Source of the DNA: an uncultured virus (IMG/VR IMGVR_UViG_3300037067_013436)
Lineage: Duplodnaviria > Heunggongvirae > Uroviricota > Caudoviricetes
Virus record (IMG/VR): IMGVR_UViG_3300037067_013436
Length of the DNA: 64,000 nucleotides
Strand: one strand, 5' to 3'
This document shows, piece by piece, positions 38,501 to 48,888 of this stretch. Under the pieces are notes generated by a model. It made no database searches. It saw nothing but the letters and a program-made list of their open reading frames with translations, and was not told where the DNA came from. The stretch's first letter is position 1; the number at the start of each line of letters is the position of its first letter. A program made the translations under genes and the position numbers.

Positions 38501-39601
38501 CGATGCGGAACAAATCCGGTTCCTGATGCTGTGTCGATAACGGTCGATAATCCTTTTGCTATTAACGATTTAATTCTATGTCGTGTTGCGCCGAATGCTT
38601 ACTCTGGTGGCTTCAATCTCGGGCAAGAAAAACGCAGTGTGCAAATAATCATCGAGCAGTTGGAACCAGTAGAGGTTGCACCAGACCAAACGACCGATGC
38701 GGTTGGTGGTAATAGCTACCGATGTACCATATTGGGTTGGAGCACTAACGATTGCATAGGTGATGTATCGAATTTTGGATCGGTTGTCATTACAGCTAAT
38801 TGCAACGATTGGTCGTTGAACGGTGCGTGGGTTATGGCTGGTATAGAGGTCAAATTCAGCATCAGGGCTATAGAAAATCTGACAAAAGATGCTGCCGTCG
38901 AATTAACACTTGATGTCGACGAAAGCAATCCGGGCTTCTTCAAGTTGGCGTCCGCAGAATTGCCGAAAGGTAAGTATGTGGCCGATATCATTGATTGTTG
39001 TTTTCGATCCGGCGAGCAACACACTGGCCATGTTGAAATAGAATATCAATCTATCAATGGTAGAGTCGTGAAACGCTTCCCGAATTTGGGAGCCTACGCC
39101 GATGAGGATGTCGCTAGATCGAATTATCGTGGCTTGACTATTGAAATAGATCATCAAGGCGGAGCGGTTAATGCAAAGCTTGTTTCGCCGGTTTTGTTAG
39201 ATGGCAGCGGCAAGGTAAGTGTCAGATTTACTGAAAAAGATTCATTTGTTCAAAATGAATCTCAGGCGCACCAATTAGAAGACACATGTGCAATAAGCTA
39301 CGCACAAGTTAAGATGCTAGAGGGGTGGCATTTATCTGAGCATAATGGCATACTTGTCGATCTTGCTGGCCAAGATTACATCATAATGCAACAATATATA
39401 GATGGTATGCAGGCTTGCGTTGAGAAGTACAGCCATCCCAGTTTCGCCTGGCCAACGCTTGACGGCATGCATTTTACAAGTATTCCTGAGAGTGGGATTG
39501 TTTTGTTTAAACGTGTGCCGCAGCTTGAAGCAATTGCTAAATCGGTAGTTAAAGATGTAGATATTGGCATAATCTTGTTCCCGGTCATAGTCGCGTCTTA
39601 G
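35573..39601 (+). CDS. Large virion/tail-fibre-like protein, N-terminus paralogous to 31085-35062
   Basis: FPKNPKTGD...YVYDG, GLMSSADLKKL, collagen GPQGDKGNTG, ALEYC. Confidence 0.7.
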   Translation: MPFPKNPKTGDTVVVEDGLTYVYDGTLHIWHQQEGGTISLATPLISGLMSSADLKKLNGLVVPPPQATISIADYDYAFTSGTIALMEGDEFVQIDSDAKISNISSISRQIHQNTYAFNFTVNTNAFFQYMIDSGRFVVRSPRGPQGDKGNTGVRGQDDLPYGPDGPIGDDGANAPSSITVQPEPASLERVNQSVTRAVTAIATEEISETENYLVVTRSIIGNPEACPSQLKLSSTANSNWLIALPNSVSQAIITWLPETCYSNSQQVYYIDVSGILGAIEAEFNREVVAIKSDCENIVQFWLSIMAGLFDEQKAALCCALEYCQSQSRNAETRKYIEEQRIQAAQAITLKGSSSTSVSFTDPATGHLTTVSNEAIQSTAQSIVIDGNPRQSGKSVVNTTIMDQACGTGFGAKNIHNLPNNQDPVGGSPCIPGIILSSDGKALKYDECPPGFIPRYVERDAVLTSSAAAVPVHDYPADYNVALDIPETGSGTSQVSQGTIYGKVTPGVNLYLPPGVSLARKLAVNAFRSNNPATSSELRVTVTGSPLSLCKSVTVYVKSTGGTILAYGQTNSDGDIYFKNLSSLEQYDISLEKSGCLFAPPNWSLVQPVTLQITQLQSTVTTGVTTTPIQQIVKCSSGSNVLVVTVRGDSEGINSTWVSIRYYTTGYTLCAAYAGTSTTNQGEIVFTGIPDGLWVVYAGTDETSETDPNYYEVDQPCHPVANPVSQQAMELRSCRTVQFVHRTDGSQNLARMSFDVLTKAKPTSSWVLSSSIPAELIMPGDARFETLVKQQILADPNADISLSEAMSAFEISEPVVLKIESDGDFDIFYTDRFGTDYHDNLGMMASKDGTFFDKLFNGVYNICVVNKSRKLSKFDLSVATQNVKFLQGAGDGWSSTLIQSDNSIKAIQGPAEAWWLQMRIEHPQRLQQPYSTSCGAIGPRSSKTDRRFCRELPNGSGSVLTRDFAVGDGSLSTWYTSRCGTNPVPDAVSITVDNPFAINDLILCRVAPNAYSGGFNLGQEKRSVQIIIEQLEPVEVAPDQTTDAVGGNSYRCTILGWSTNDCIGDVSNFGSVVITANCNDWSLNGAWVMAGIEVKFSIRAIENLTKDAAVELTLDVDESNPGFFKLASAELPKGKYVADIIDCCFRSGEQHTGHVEIEYQSINGRVVKRFPNLGAYADEDVARSNYRGLTIEIDHQGGAVNAKLVSPVLLDGSGKVSVRFTEKDSFVQNESQAHQLEDTCAISYAQVKMLEGWHLSEHNGILVDLAGQDYIIMQQYIDGMQACVEKYSHPSFAWPTLDGMHFTSIPESGIVLFKRVPQLEAIAKSVVKDVDIGIILFPVIVAS

Positions 39602-39838
39602 TATGAAAATGCATCTTGGGATTGTGTGGAAGAACGGCCAAATAATCAACCATCGCAGCCTATTAAAAGTGCTGTGTAACCCATTGTTAAGATGCTTCGG
39701 CTGGCAGATAGCTAGTTTATTCAATGAAGATAAGTTTATTAGATATACTATGATGCCAACTTGCAGAACGTGGCCGATCAAGTGGAGTTTCCGCTATGAT
39801 GCGGACAACTGCGTTATTGATAGTCAGAGAGCGATAAT

Positions 39839-40375
39839 ATGAAGAAAATAAATTCGAATGAATTTTGTTATTTGGCTAAATCAGAATTATTTCTTACGTG
39901 GCTGAAAAGCCTCGACTCTACAATACACACAGATTTGATCAATTTCTTGATGAGCGGACAAGGATGTACTGAAAACAGAGCTAAGATGTACGACTTATTG
40001 CAAGCCATTATCAAGAATAGGCAATGGGCTTTGGCATTAGAATCATTCTTAATGCAAAATTTCCCCGCCATGCTTGTTGATGATTCTAAGGCATCACAGA
40101 CGACACAGAAAAACAAGGAAGTAGATAACAAACATAGCGTCTTTGCTTATTATGATCCGTCCCTAGCAACATTCCCCAGGAGAATAATATTCTCCAGTGA
40201 CGATCTTCAGAAACAAGTACGCGACTTCTGCGCTAGACAATTCTACTGTGAGTGGATTATAGTAGAAGACCGCGCCTACGTCGAATACATCTCACACGAC
40301 GTAGCGGCACACAAATCGGAGATACCTGAGAAGAATTGGCAAATTAGAGCCTTCAAAAAGAATTCTAGTATATGA
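39839..40375 (+). CDS. Hypothetical protein
   Basis: 178-aa ORF coupled to 39603-39842. Confidence 0.55.
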   Translation: MKKINSNEFCYLAKSELFLTWLKSLDSTIHTDLINFLMSGQGCTENRAKMYDLLQAIIKNRQWALALESFLMQNFPAMLVDDSKASQTTQKNKEVDNKHSVFAYYDPSLATFPRRIIFSSDDLQKQVRDFCARQFYCEWIIVEDRAYVEYISHDVAAHKSEIPEKNWQIRAFKKNSSI

Positions 40376-40391
40376 CGCTCAAAAATATCTT

Positions 40392-42878
40392 ATGATCGAT
40401 AAGCCCCGCAACGTTCAAAACGCTGCCGATGTAGACAAAGATGAAACGGATGACATCAATGTTATGGGTCATCCGGAGCGAATCGTCAAACAACCCGGCA
40501 AGCCGGTCAAGAGGGTCCTTAACGAGCTTGATCCAGAGTGCCGCGATGATATTGAGGCACCAATTCGATTACAGGAGCTAGCAATGGCACAATCACGTCT
40601 ATCCGAAGCTGTCCAAGACTACAAGGGAGTCAAAGGCGACTTCATGACCAGTATGGGTGGTAAGACCGATAAGCTCGGTGGAAAACAAAAGAATACCGGT
40701 GCCGGTATCGAGAAGTTTGGCGAAAGCACTTCTGGTGAAGCTGCCGATGGCATCACTACCAAGCTCAAAGATCTCAACCTAAAGACCAAGCAGAAGAATA
40801 CGGGTGGGACATTCGAGACGCAGAACATTTCTGCCGGTAGTGCCGACGACGGCATCACGACTGCTATCAAGACGATGGGTGCTGAGCTTGGCCAGAACTC
40901 GATGCAGAAGAATAAGGGTGGTCAATTCGAGCCTCTGAAGGGCAGCCGGGACACGATGGGCAACAGCGTGGCCGAGGAATGGTCGCTTGATAATATCGCT
41001 ACTATCATGGAAGGCGATAGCATCAACCTCCAGGACCTATTTGACTCCTTCAGCAAGAATTCATCTTACGTCTGTCTGGAAGACTTCCAGCAGCTCTGCA
41101 ATGCCCACGGCGTTCAAACCATTCTTTCTGAGCAGAACTTGAAAGCCCTTATGGCCGCTAGCCGCAAGTTCATGTTCTACGAAGGGAATGATGCCAGTGG
41201 TAGATTCTGGCAGCCACGTCCGCTATCCGAGATGGTCGGCACTGGTGCTGTCGCTGCTGCTCCAGTAGCCGAAGAAGACGAAGTGCCTCCAGAAGTGGTC
41301 GATGAACCAGTTCCCGAAGTCGCTGAAGTCCCCGAGATTCCGGGTGGAGAAGGCGAAATCGAAGCCGGTATGGAAGTCGAAGAGCAACCGGACGATCTGG
41401 CTGATGTGTTCCAGCAAATCGGCGTCGATTTCGAGAGAGCCGCCAACATGATGGCTGGGCACGACGAGTCAGCCGAGACACCGGAAGACGAGGCTGCCGA
41501 AGGCGACCGCCCTTTTGACGAGATCGAAGGCGGTGAAGAGGAAACGGCTGAATGCACCGAGGAGGTCTGTGAAGAGGCCCCTGGCGAGGAAGTCGGTGAT
41601 TCGGCTGAATCCGGTGGTCTGATCAACAAGATTGCTTCTGGCGTCAAAGGCAAAGCGGCTTCTGTCGCTATGAAGGGTCGTGAAGAGGACGAGCAGAACG
41701 CTGTCGACCCATCGAAGGAAGTTGTGAAGATGAAGGTCGAATCTCGTAAGTGTGCCAAATGCGGCACGACCTTGGACGAAAGCGGCTGCGTCATGTGCGA
41801 TTTCTTGCGTGAGAGCAGCGACATCGGCGAAATGAATGGCGAAGACGCCAAGGCCGATAAGAATGGCCATTATACGTCTGACAAGACGAAGAAGGGCCAA
41901 GGCGAACTCGGCAAAAAGGTTCCTCCACAAGAGACATGCGAAAGCACGTCTGGTGCGGCATCTGACGGCATAACAAGCGAAATCCCCGGCAAGCAGACTC
42001 CGCTGAAGCCCAAGATGAAGAATACGGGCGGGCAAGCTGCTTTCAAGGGTGGCTCCGGGACGATGAAGGAGAATATTCTCCGTCTGTCGCACGTAGTCAA
42101 GGAAGCCATCACCCGTGGTGCTAGAAAGATCGGAAGGGCTGGCAAGTATACGGTTCGATTCGGTGTGACAGCCGAAGGATCAAAGGCCATTTTCCCGACG
42201 CTCACCGATGCACTGGCTGTTGTCGAAGAATTGCTGCAGGTGTGCGACAACAAGGCTGTTGTACTTGAAGCCCTGTACTCCATTCCTCATCAGAAGGAAG
42301 TTATCCACCGGCATCGCCTGCCGCTTACCAGAATTAAGCGGCGTGATCCAATTGCCTGTGAAGGCAAGATTTTGTTCAAGACCGGCAAGGTTGCGAACGC
42401 CTTCGCAGACCGAGTTGTTTCAGAGGGTGTTGCCTGTCGCGTGAAGAACCATAATTGGGGTGCTGCTGTGGTTGGCACCTTCAGCTGGCCAATCGCGCAG
42501 CGAGCTTTCCAAACGATGTCTGAAGCCTGGGGAACCCAAATTCACACGCCAGAGCGAGAAGCATTCCATCGTGGTTATGAGGACCAATGGGGTGACAACA
42601 TCGGTGGTGAAGTTGAACCAGGGCTTGACGATGAGCCAGAATACAGTGCTGGTGCACCCGGCAACATCGATCCAGAAGGTAATATGTGCCCGAATTGTGG
42701 ATCGGTTGAAGCGCCAGACGAGCACGGCATATGCTACGGCTGCGGCGAGCGAAGAGCTGCAGCAGAGCCAGAACTCGAACTCGGCGCACGACCAGACGAA
42801 AATCTCGCCGGATCGGACGATTACCTTGATTTCGACCAAGGCTTTCAGCCACGGAGACCGATGCCGCGACGGGTGTGA
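40392..42878 (+). CDS. Acidic, low-complexity prohead core/internal head-like protein
   Basis: E-rich; internal repeats ESTSG.A.DGIT and KNTGG; many LxE sites; GC-rich codons like the capsid gene. Confidence 0.6.
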   Translation: MIDKPRNVQNAADVDKDETDDINVMGHPERIVKQPGKPVKRVLNELDPECRDDIEAPIRLQELAMAQSRLSEAVQDYKGVKGDFMTSMGGKTDKLGGKQKNTGAGIEKFGESTSGEAADGITTKLKDLNLKTKQKNTGGTFETQNISAGSADDGITTAIKTMGAELGQNSMQKNKGGQFEPLKGSRDTMGNSVAEEWSLDNIATIMEGDSINLQDLFDSFSKNSSYVCLEDFQQLCNAHGVQTILSEQNLKALMAASRKFMFYEGNDASGRFWQPRPLSEMVGTGAVAAAPVAEEDEVPPEVVDEPVPEVAEVPEIPGGEGEIEAGMEVEEQPDDLADVFQQIGVDFERAANMMAGHDESAETPEDEAAEGDRPFDEIEGGEEETAECTEEVCEEAPGEEVGDSAESGGLINKIASGVKGKAASVAMKGREEDEQNAVDPSKEVVKMKVESRKCAKCGTTLDESGCVMCDFLRESSDIGEMNGEDAKADKNGHYTSDKTKKGQGELGKKVPPQETCESTSGAASDGITSEIPGKQTPLKPKMKNTGGQAAFKGGSGTMKENILRLSHVVKEAITRGARKIGRAGKYTVRFGVTAEGSKAIFPTLTDALAVVEELLQVCDNKAVVLEALYSIPHQKEVIHRHRLPLTRIKRRDPIACEGKILFKTGKVANAFADRVVSEGVACRVKNHNWGAAVVGTFSWPIAQRAFQTMSEAWGTQIHTPEREAFHRGYEDQWGDNIGGEVEPGLDDEPEYSAGAPGNIDPEGNMCPNCGSVEAPDEHGICYGCGERRAAAEPELELGARPDENLAGSDDYLDFDQGFQPRRPMPRRV

Positions 42879-42889
42879 TTTCGACCTCT

Positions 42890-42942
42890 CGACAAAGGCG
42901 ACAGATAGCGGCTGACGCACCGCATGACTGTCGCCTTTGTCG
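42890..42942. terminator. 15-bp inverted repeat hairpin after the head-protein gene
   Basis: CGACAAAGGCGACAG ... CTGTCGCCTTTGTCG. Confidence 0.55.
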
Positions 42943-42959
42943 TATCTGGTAGATATATT

Positions 42960-43250
42960 ATGCGTACTATTAGGATTCCTATCATCGAAAGCAAGCAAAG
43001 CAATCAAGCTAAATTGTTTCGTAAGTTGCCACCAGTTGCGAAGGAATTATTCGTAGTTATAGCTAAGTTATCGCAATCGAAAGGAACCATAGCGATCGAT
43101 GATATCAGAAATCTGAATATGTTCGGAGCCACACGAGATATCGAGAATCTTCTGTACACCTTGGAATCGCGTGGCTTTGGCGAAGTTACGATAAATGGTG
43201 CTGAGACTCACTTCATACCTAATAAGATATTGGTACAATCAGTTCTATGA
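42960..43250 (+). CDS. Small winged-helix-like protein
   Basis: LPPVAKELF...DIENLLYTLESRGF. Confidence 0.5.
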   Translation: MRTIRIPIIESKQSNQAKLFRKLPPVAKELFVVIAKLSQSKGTIAIDDIRNLNMFGATRDIENLLYTLESRGFGEVTINGAETHFIPNKILVQSVL

Positions 43251-44446
43251 AATTATTAGCAGAGAAAAGTCTCAGAGATACTGGCAGTCGCCGTCTTGGT
43301 AAGCATAAATATCCCAGGTCGTCGTTCAAGTATCTATCATATAATACCGACCCCAAGCCTGACATTCTCGTCCTTGGAGATTGGAAACATCCGAGAACTA
43401 AGAATAATTTAGTTGCCGGAATAAACTTGAATTATTTATCTAGCGGCCAGCTAGAAAAACTCCGTAAGGTAGCTGATAAAGTTTTCCGAAGAGATTCGTT
43501 ACGTTCAAGATATAGATTCCTAAAGTCAGTGTTACCAGATGTCGCGATGTACTATCGGACGTATGATTCCAAGTACATCAAGAGTATAGAACGTAGCGCA
43601 CTCGATTCATATGTCAAGGCTAAGCCGACATCGAGGGACGAGAAAGCACAGACGACATCGGATACTGGAAGAGCAGCACATGTTAAAGAACCAGAAAAGG
43701 ATATAGACCAACGCTCTGACGAGCTAGATCGTGAGACGTGGCAGACGAAGCGAAGGCTTTACGAGCCGGAAAAACAGAGACGCAGAACATCACCGGAACG
43801 CATCGGTATCGCTGGCAGCGAGCTAGCGAAGAAAGCCAAGGATGCAAGATATAAGCGTGATAGACGGAAACTTAAGGAATTAGAACGTCAGTTAGCTATA
43901 GATAGAGAACTACGCAGGCAGGCTGAATTATCCAGGAAACCAGAAGAGCCGGAGGAGCCAGAAGCACCGGAAGATAGACGTCGACGCAGAACTGGTGATT
44001 ATGGCCCTGAATACCATCTAGATGATTTGGGATATGAATCCTATATCAGAAGCCATAAGCCTGGCTCCAAGTTAATCACAGAGGCGAAGCATAAGAGTTT
44101 GTTCGCTGTTTTCGACGTGCTATCAGAGCAATTTGTTGTTGATTCTGTTATAAACCACGCAGAAATGCTCTTCGATGCCGGATGGGACTACGATCATACT
44201 GTATTATTCGAAGTAACTGATAATGAATTAATTGTCAGATCAGATTGTTCCGATACCGCCATGAAGCGTGCTATTGAGTGTTTCAAAAATAGCACTGTAA
44301 AAAATATATTGCTTGAATCTAGGTTTAAAGATCCAAGCTACGATCCAGAACATCCAGAAGAGTGCTGCCCGCACTGCGGAGCCAGACTAGAACGCGGTGA
44401 TGATGGTATCTGTAATCGTTGTGGGAAGCCTTGGCCTGAAGAGTAA
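43247..44446 (+). CDS. T4 gp2-like DNA end protector domain protein (tentative)
   Basis: Y..DPKPDILVL...GINLNYL...YRFLK...YYRTY resembles gp2 family motifs. Confidence 0.5.
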   Translation: MKLLAEKSLRDTGSRRLGKHKYPRSSFKYLSYNTDPKPDILVLGDWKHPRTKNNLVAGINLNYLSSGQLEKLRKVADKVFRRDSLRSRYRFLKSVLPDVAMYYRTYDSKYIKSIERSALDSYVKAKPTSRDEKAQTTSDTGRAAHVKEPEKDIDQRSDELDRETWQTKRRLYEPEKQRRRTSPERIGIAGSELAKKAKDARYKRDRRKLKELERQLAIDRELRRQAELSRKPEEPEEPEAPEDRRRRRTGDYGPEYHLDDLGYESYIRSHKPGSKLITEAKHKSLFAVFDVLSEQFVVDSVINHAEMLFDAGWDYDHTVLFEVTDNELIVRSDCSDTAMKRAIECFKNSTVKNILLESRFKDPSYDPEHPEECCPHCGARLERGDDGICNRCGKPWPEE

Positions 44447-44490
44447 TTATCACCGCCCAAAGATATAAATGACTTTTTGGAGAAACAAGC

Positions 44491-46908
44491 ATGCCACTGA
44501 CCAAAATACCATTACACACATCGTTGGTTGATAAGCAGTGGATTCAGGTTAGCGGGCCTGATGACATTATCAGCGGATTTGCCTATGACGCTGAGACCAG
44601 ATCTTTGTGGGGTCGTGACAGTCAAATCAGCCAAATTGGTATTCACGGTACCAGCCATATATCATCTGACCCCATTCCAACCGCAACTTGCGATACTATG
44701 GGGTTGATGGCGGCAGACGATAAGTGTAAGCTCGACGCACTTACACAGATGAGACTTGGTATCGTCGGCTTCCAGGGTGCTGGCTTTCCTGACGATGGTG
44801 GTTGGTTACAGGGCGACGTTATACTTGCGGCTGGTAGCGAGTTTGTCTCTATCGAGCGATTCGGTAACGTCATTAGATGGACGGTTGATTCACCTATTCC
44901 GCTGAGTTGCAATGTGGAGACATGTGCATCGATATTCTGGGTCCAAGATGAAACAGAGGTTGCATCTATTCGCCCGCCCTCTTGTGCTGGTAAGCTACCT
45001 GGGACGAGCTCGTACGGCGAGATGAAGGTCTATCTGCTCCCGGAATCGATGATTATCGATCCAGCAGATCCGGCCACCTCACTCAATAAGAAGACGAACT
45101 ATCCGTCGTTGATTTTCAAGCGATACGACGACTCTGTAGCCCCTGGAGTTGCTGAATTCGAGATGGTGTTGAAGCGAACTGCTTCGAATAACACCCAAAC
45201 GAATGTCGGCTGGGCTTTCACGCCTGGTGCCGGTGCTACTCCTGAATGTGTGTGGTTCATGGGTAGCAATAGTAATGGCGATCAAGTTCGCTTCGACTTG
45301 AATATGGAATCAGCCCCCGGTATTCTTGGTGGGTTACTCTATAACGGCAACTTGCTAACGAAGCGTTCAGCGGTCATCACCGACTACACAACACAAATCC
45401 TGGCCACTAATCAGTACGTCTGCAAATGGTGGGATGTTCATGGGGCTACGGTCGCAGATAATGCGTCGTTTATAGCAACGAACGTATGGCAATATAGCTA
45501 TCCAGAAGGCGGCATCAATAGCAAACAACTGATTCTCGATAAGACAATCGGCATTCTGCCAATCGGAACCATTGTTGATATGTGGTTCTTCCAGGTCGGA
45601 TCTGTTAATGATGTGCCGATTCGGCAATACGTCTTCAACTGCAAACCGACTCTCGATGCGCAGAATGTCTGGTCAGAGGTTGGTGGTGTCGAATTCGGCA
45701 CACAACTTACAGCGAGAACTGAACCAGCGACACCGACAGCCACATTCGACTACGAGTTAGTCAATGACGTCCGTAATCTTGAGCACAAGATTTGGGGTAT
45801 GACCGGTATTGATCCGCCATATCTGCTCACCGAGGTTACTGGTGGGACTGGCGGATCACAGATCATGATTTTCGATGTCAACGACCAGTATATCGCACAT
45901 ATCGATACGTCATTGCCGGGCCTGCGGGTTGATAGACAATCAACGACAGAAACATACCGGCAACGACCTGTTTGTTTGTGGAATAGACATATCGGTTCCT
46001 CAAGCCTTGTGAATATTCATCTTGGCAGGCCGAATGAAACCGGTGTCTATCCGCCGTATGACATTCTTCTTAACGCACCAATCGACAGTAACGAAGAATA
46101 CTTCCTGAACGTTGTCGAGACAGGTCCGTTAGCGAACGATACTGGTTATTATGCTCTATTCCGTGGTGCTACGTTCGAGGACTTACCACAGAGCGGATAT
46201 ATTCGGCTTCTGACTGGTTTGAATGCCGGAACCACTTGGAGATACGACTACAAGGCTATATGTTCGCTGCATGCCGAGGATGTTGTAGCTCTGATAGGAT
46301 CGACACCATTCACTGGTCTGATTACCGAGGTTGCACAGGTTTTACATCAGGAATATAATAGCCCCTGTGTCAGATTAAATTTCACATTGACAGCCGCGAA
46401 CAAGGTTGAGTTATACTTCAAAGTTGGTACGCTCGACATGGGCAGGGACTACGAAGATGACACTATCAGTGTCGCCGACGACTTTGTGCGAGGTCTTGCA
46501 CCTGGATATGCTGTGAGCGGCACCTATATCCAAGATGCACCTTACAACGGCAGCGGAGCAGCACCAGGAGTTAATGTACCTGGCTTCATCGTCTATGATG
46601 GTGGCTACGGCTTGTCTCCAAGTACCACAGGAAATGTGGAATATTGGAACGAATTAGAAATTATGCAACGTGGTAGTCAAGTCTGGATATGGTGGAATGG
46701 ATTGCTTATTCCGCCTAGTACGGATGCTAGCGGGATTCTTCCGACACCAGTAGCAGTCTCTACCCCATACTTCCCAATCATCCGTGAGACTCCAATGGGC
46801 AAGTTTGGTATGAGAATGTTCCCTGGATGCAAACTACGCCGTATCGTAGTGCGTGGATATGATCGAGCATTCTCCGAATATGTTCATGGCCAGTTAGAAC
46901 TAGCATAG
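44491..46908 (+). CDS. Virion structural protein
   Basis: Shares the A....GLM...DK.KLD motif with the two fibre-like genes; beta-rich. Confidence 0.65.
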   Translation: MPLTKIPLHTSLVDKQWIQVSGPDDIISGFAYDAETRSLWGRDSQISQIGIHGTSHISSDPIPTATCDTMGLMAADDKCKLDALTQMRLGIVGFQGAGFPDDGGWLQGDVILAAGSEFVSIERFGNVIRWTVDSPIPLSCNVETCASIFWVQDETEVASIRPPSCAGKLPGTSSYGEMKVYLLPESMIIDPADPATSLNKKTNYPSLIFKRYDDSVAPGVAEFEMVLKRTASNNTQTNVGWAFTPGAGATPECVWFMGSNSNGDQVRFDLNMESAPGILGGLLYNGNLLTKRSAVITDYTTQILATNQYVCKWWDVHGATVADNASFIATNVWQYSYPEGGINSKQLILDKTIGILPIGTIVDMWFFQVGSVNDVPIRQYVFNCKPTLDAQNVWSEVGGVEFGTQLTARTEPATPTATFDYELVNDVRNLEHKIWGMTGIDPPYLLTEVTGGTGGSQIMIFDVNDQYIAHIDTSLPGLRVDRQSTTETYRQRPVCLWNRHIGSSSLVNIHLGRPNETGVYPPYDILLNAPIDSNEEYFLNVVETGPLANDTGYYALFRGATFEDLPQSGYIRLLTGLNAGTTWRYDYKAICSLHAEDVVALIGSTPFTGLITEVAQVLHQEYNSPCVRLNFTLTAANKVELYFKVGTLDMGRDYEDDTISVADDFVRGLAPGYAVSGTYIQDAPYNGSGAAPGVNVPGFIVYDGGYGLSPSTTGNVEYWNELEIMQRGSQVWIWWNGLLIPPSTDASGILPTPVAVSTPYFPIIRETPMGKFGMRMFPGCKLRRIVVRGYDRAFSEYVHGQLELA

Positions 46909-47355
46909 ACGCCGTGGCCTTTGGAAGCCTTCTTTGAGGTCTTCTTTTTCGGACCTCCCAGAAGGCACAGAGACAGCAAACGTGCAAAAGAAGTAGCAGA
47001 GAAGAGCTTGGGCGGTCTATTTCTTGTTTTTACATCGCTGCTGATTCGCTAATAAGATGGCTTCCGTTTCCATCATTTCCCTTTCAATCTTGTCGAATCG
47101 CGTTTTGGCTTCTTTGAATATCTGATGCAGGTTCTTATCGCCAATAGGTATTATCTTCGGTATCGCCGTGCCTCCGACTGTACAATTTACAGCGACTCTG
47201 GCTAGTCGATCAGCTTCCTCCTGATCTTCCGCGACACCACCGAAGAAAACGCCCTCGATGTATATCCCTATTTCTTTATCATCGATTGCCTTACCATATA
47301 TCACTACTAGCATTTACGTTCCTCGCCAAAGTTAACTGCCTTGCTCACCCTGTAG

Positions 47356-47847
47356 TCACCTACCAGACGAACCGAAACCAGCTTCTCCTCTTTGATTGTA
47401 TTCAGTGCTGAATTCATCTACTTCAATAAACGCAGCACTGTACGTCTTGTGTAAGATGATTTGCGCAATCCTGTCGAATTTCTTGACATGATATTCGACA
47501 TCCGAAATATTCATCAAACGAACAAACAACAAGCCTGTGTATGTCGCGTCAATTATGCCGTGGAATGGCGCAACACCAGCGATCCACATGCTTGATCGTC
47601 CTTCGACGGTGTAATAATATCCCTTAGGACAAGCAACGATTATTCCCGTCCTGATATTCTCGGTACTATGTGGCTTGATCGTTACGTCTTCAATCGAGAA
47701 GATGTCGTAGCCAGCATCCGTCTCGCGTTTGCGGTATGGGACTCGTGCTTCTGGATCGACGAGCTTATATTCAAGACGTACGTAATCGATAGGCCATTGA
47801 CGTAATATTGCTTTGTCGGCGAGAGGAAATACCAGCGTTGGATTCAT
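47356..47847 (-). CDS. dut: dUTPase (trimeric)
   Basis: DAGYDI, EGRSS, GIIDATYTG, DRIAQ, RGEAGFGSSG. Confidence 0.96.
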   Translation of the reverse strand: MNPTLVFPLADKAILRQWPIDYVRLEYKLVDPEARVPYRKRETDAGYDIFSIEDVTIKPHSTENIRTGIIVACPKGYYYTVEGRSSMWIAGVAPFHGIIDATYTGLLFVRLMNISDVEYHVKKFDRIAQIILHKTYSAAFIEVDEFSTEYNQRGEAGFGSSGR

Positions 47848-48122
47848 TTGTATTTCAGCTTGTATGGATGATATAAATGATTTTGATGTTTCTCAACTGC
47901 GATGGTGGCGATGTGTCGCTGCTGATACTGAGGATAAAATACAGACCTTCACTGCAGAGATCGACCCGGATCGCGTCTACGCAGAATTCAATAAAATACG
48001 ACGAGATTTGCAGCAGAAGGGCTGGTGTTTTATCGAAGCCAAGCCAATCCCAGAAGAAGAGCTTCTAGCAGCAGCAAAATTGTCGAGATTCAAGGCACGC
48101 AAACGTGAGCAACTGCGTGGCC

Positions 48123-48836
48123 TTACTGGGCGGCATTACTCTCCGATTTCTCTTTGGCGAGTCGCACTATTTGCTGTGCTATTTGCTTTGCTAGTTCTAT
48201 GGCTGGCGTATCACCATTTAAGTACTTGATGTGTTCGAGAGGCACATATCTCGATAGCATCATTAGTGCTTCTGGGCTCAACTTGAGCAGATTATCATAC
48301 AGGTCGCCGACTCTTTTCAGTAGATCGACGTTGTGATCATATCTATCAGATTTCGAACGATCAGTCGATTTGTTCATACGCTCGACGATCGTCTCCCATC
48401 GATTTGATATGATGAAGACCCTATCTGGTGCAGGCGATTGCACAAGACCGAGTAATTTGTTAATTGCGGTCAGTTTCAAACCTTCAGACACACCATAGAC
48501 AATGCAACTGATATAATTCGATCTATCGGCAAGCATGACACCGCCTTGCTCAAGGTGCGGTATTAACTGGGTGTTGACGAAACAACTATGGTCCACCATC
48601 ATCATCATTTGGACCGACATACTATCGATTTCGATTGGTGGTCCGCTTGGTGTAGAGAATAGTTCCGGTTGTTTGACGAGCTTACGTAGGTGTTTGCCGA
48701 GCGGCGTAGCTCCAGGATGATGAGTGAGAATGCAATTTAGCTCTGTGTTTTTCAGTTCCTCAACAACCATATGGGCCAGAGTCGATTTTCCTGAATAATC
48801 CATCCCCTCGAATACGATATACAATCCTTGATGCAT
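48123..48836 (-). CDS. tmk: Thymidylate kinase
   Basis: FEGMDYSGKST P-loop; HPGATPLG; LADRS..S..VYG; PAPD. Confidence 0.9.
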   Translation of the reverse strand: MHQGLYIVFEGMDYSGKSTLAHMVVEELKNTELNCILTHHPGATPLGKHLRKLVKQPELFSTPSGPPIEIDSMSVQMMMMVDHSCFVNTQLIPHLEQGGVMLADRSNYISCIVYGVSEGLKLTAINKLLGLVQSPAPDRVFIISNRWETIVERMNKSTDRSKSDRYDHNVDLLKRVGDLYDNLLKLSPEALMMLSRYVPLEHIKYLNGDTPAIELAKQIAQQIVRLAKEKSESNAAQ

Positions 48837-48888
48837 TTTTCTCTTCTACTTGTATGGTTAGCGGTGCCGTTTCTTTTCCAATACGCGG

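Noticed and set aside
41170..43007. Long antisense ORFs (41177-41851, 41469-42092, 42420-43007) and 12615-13262
   Set aside because: They are shadows of GC-rich, codon-biased sense genes and show no motifs or RBS.
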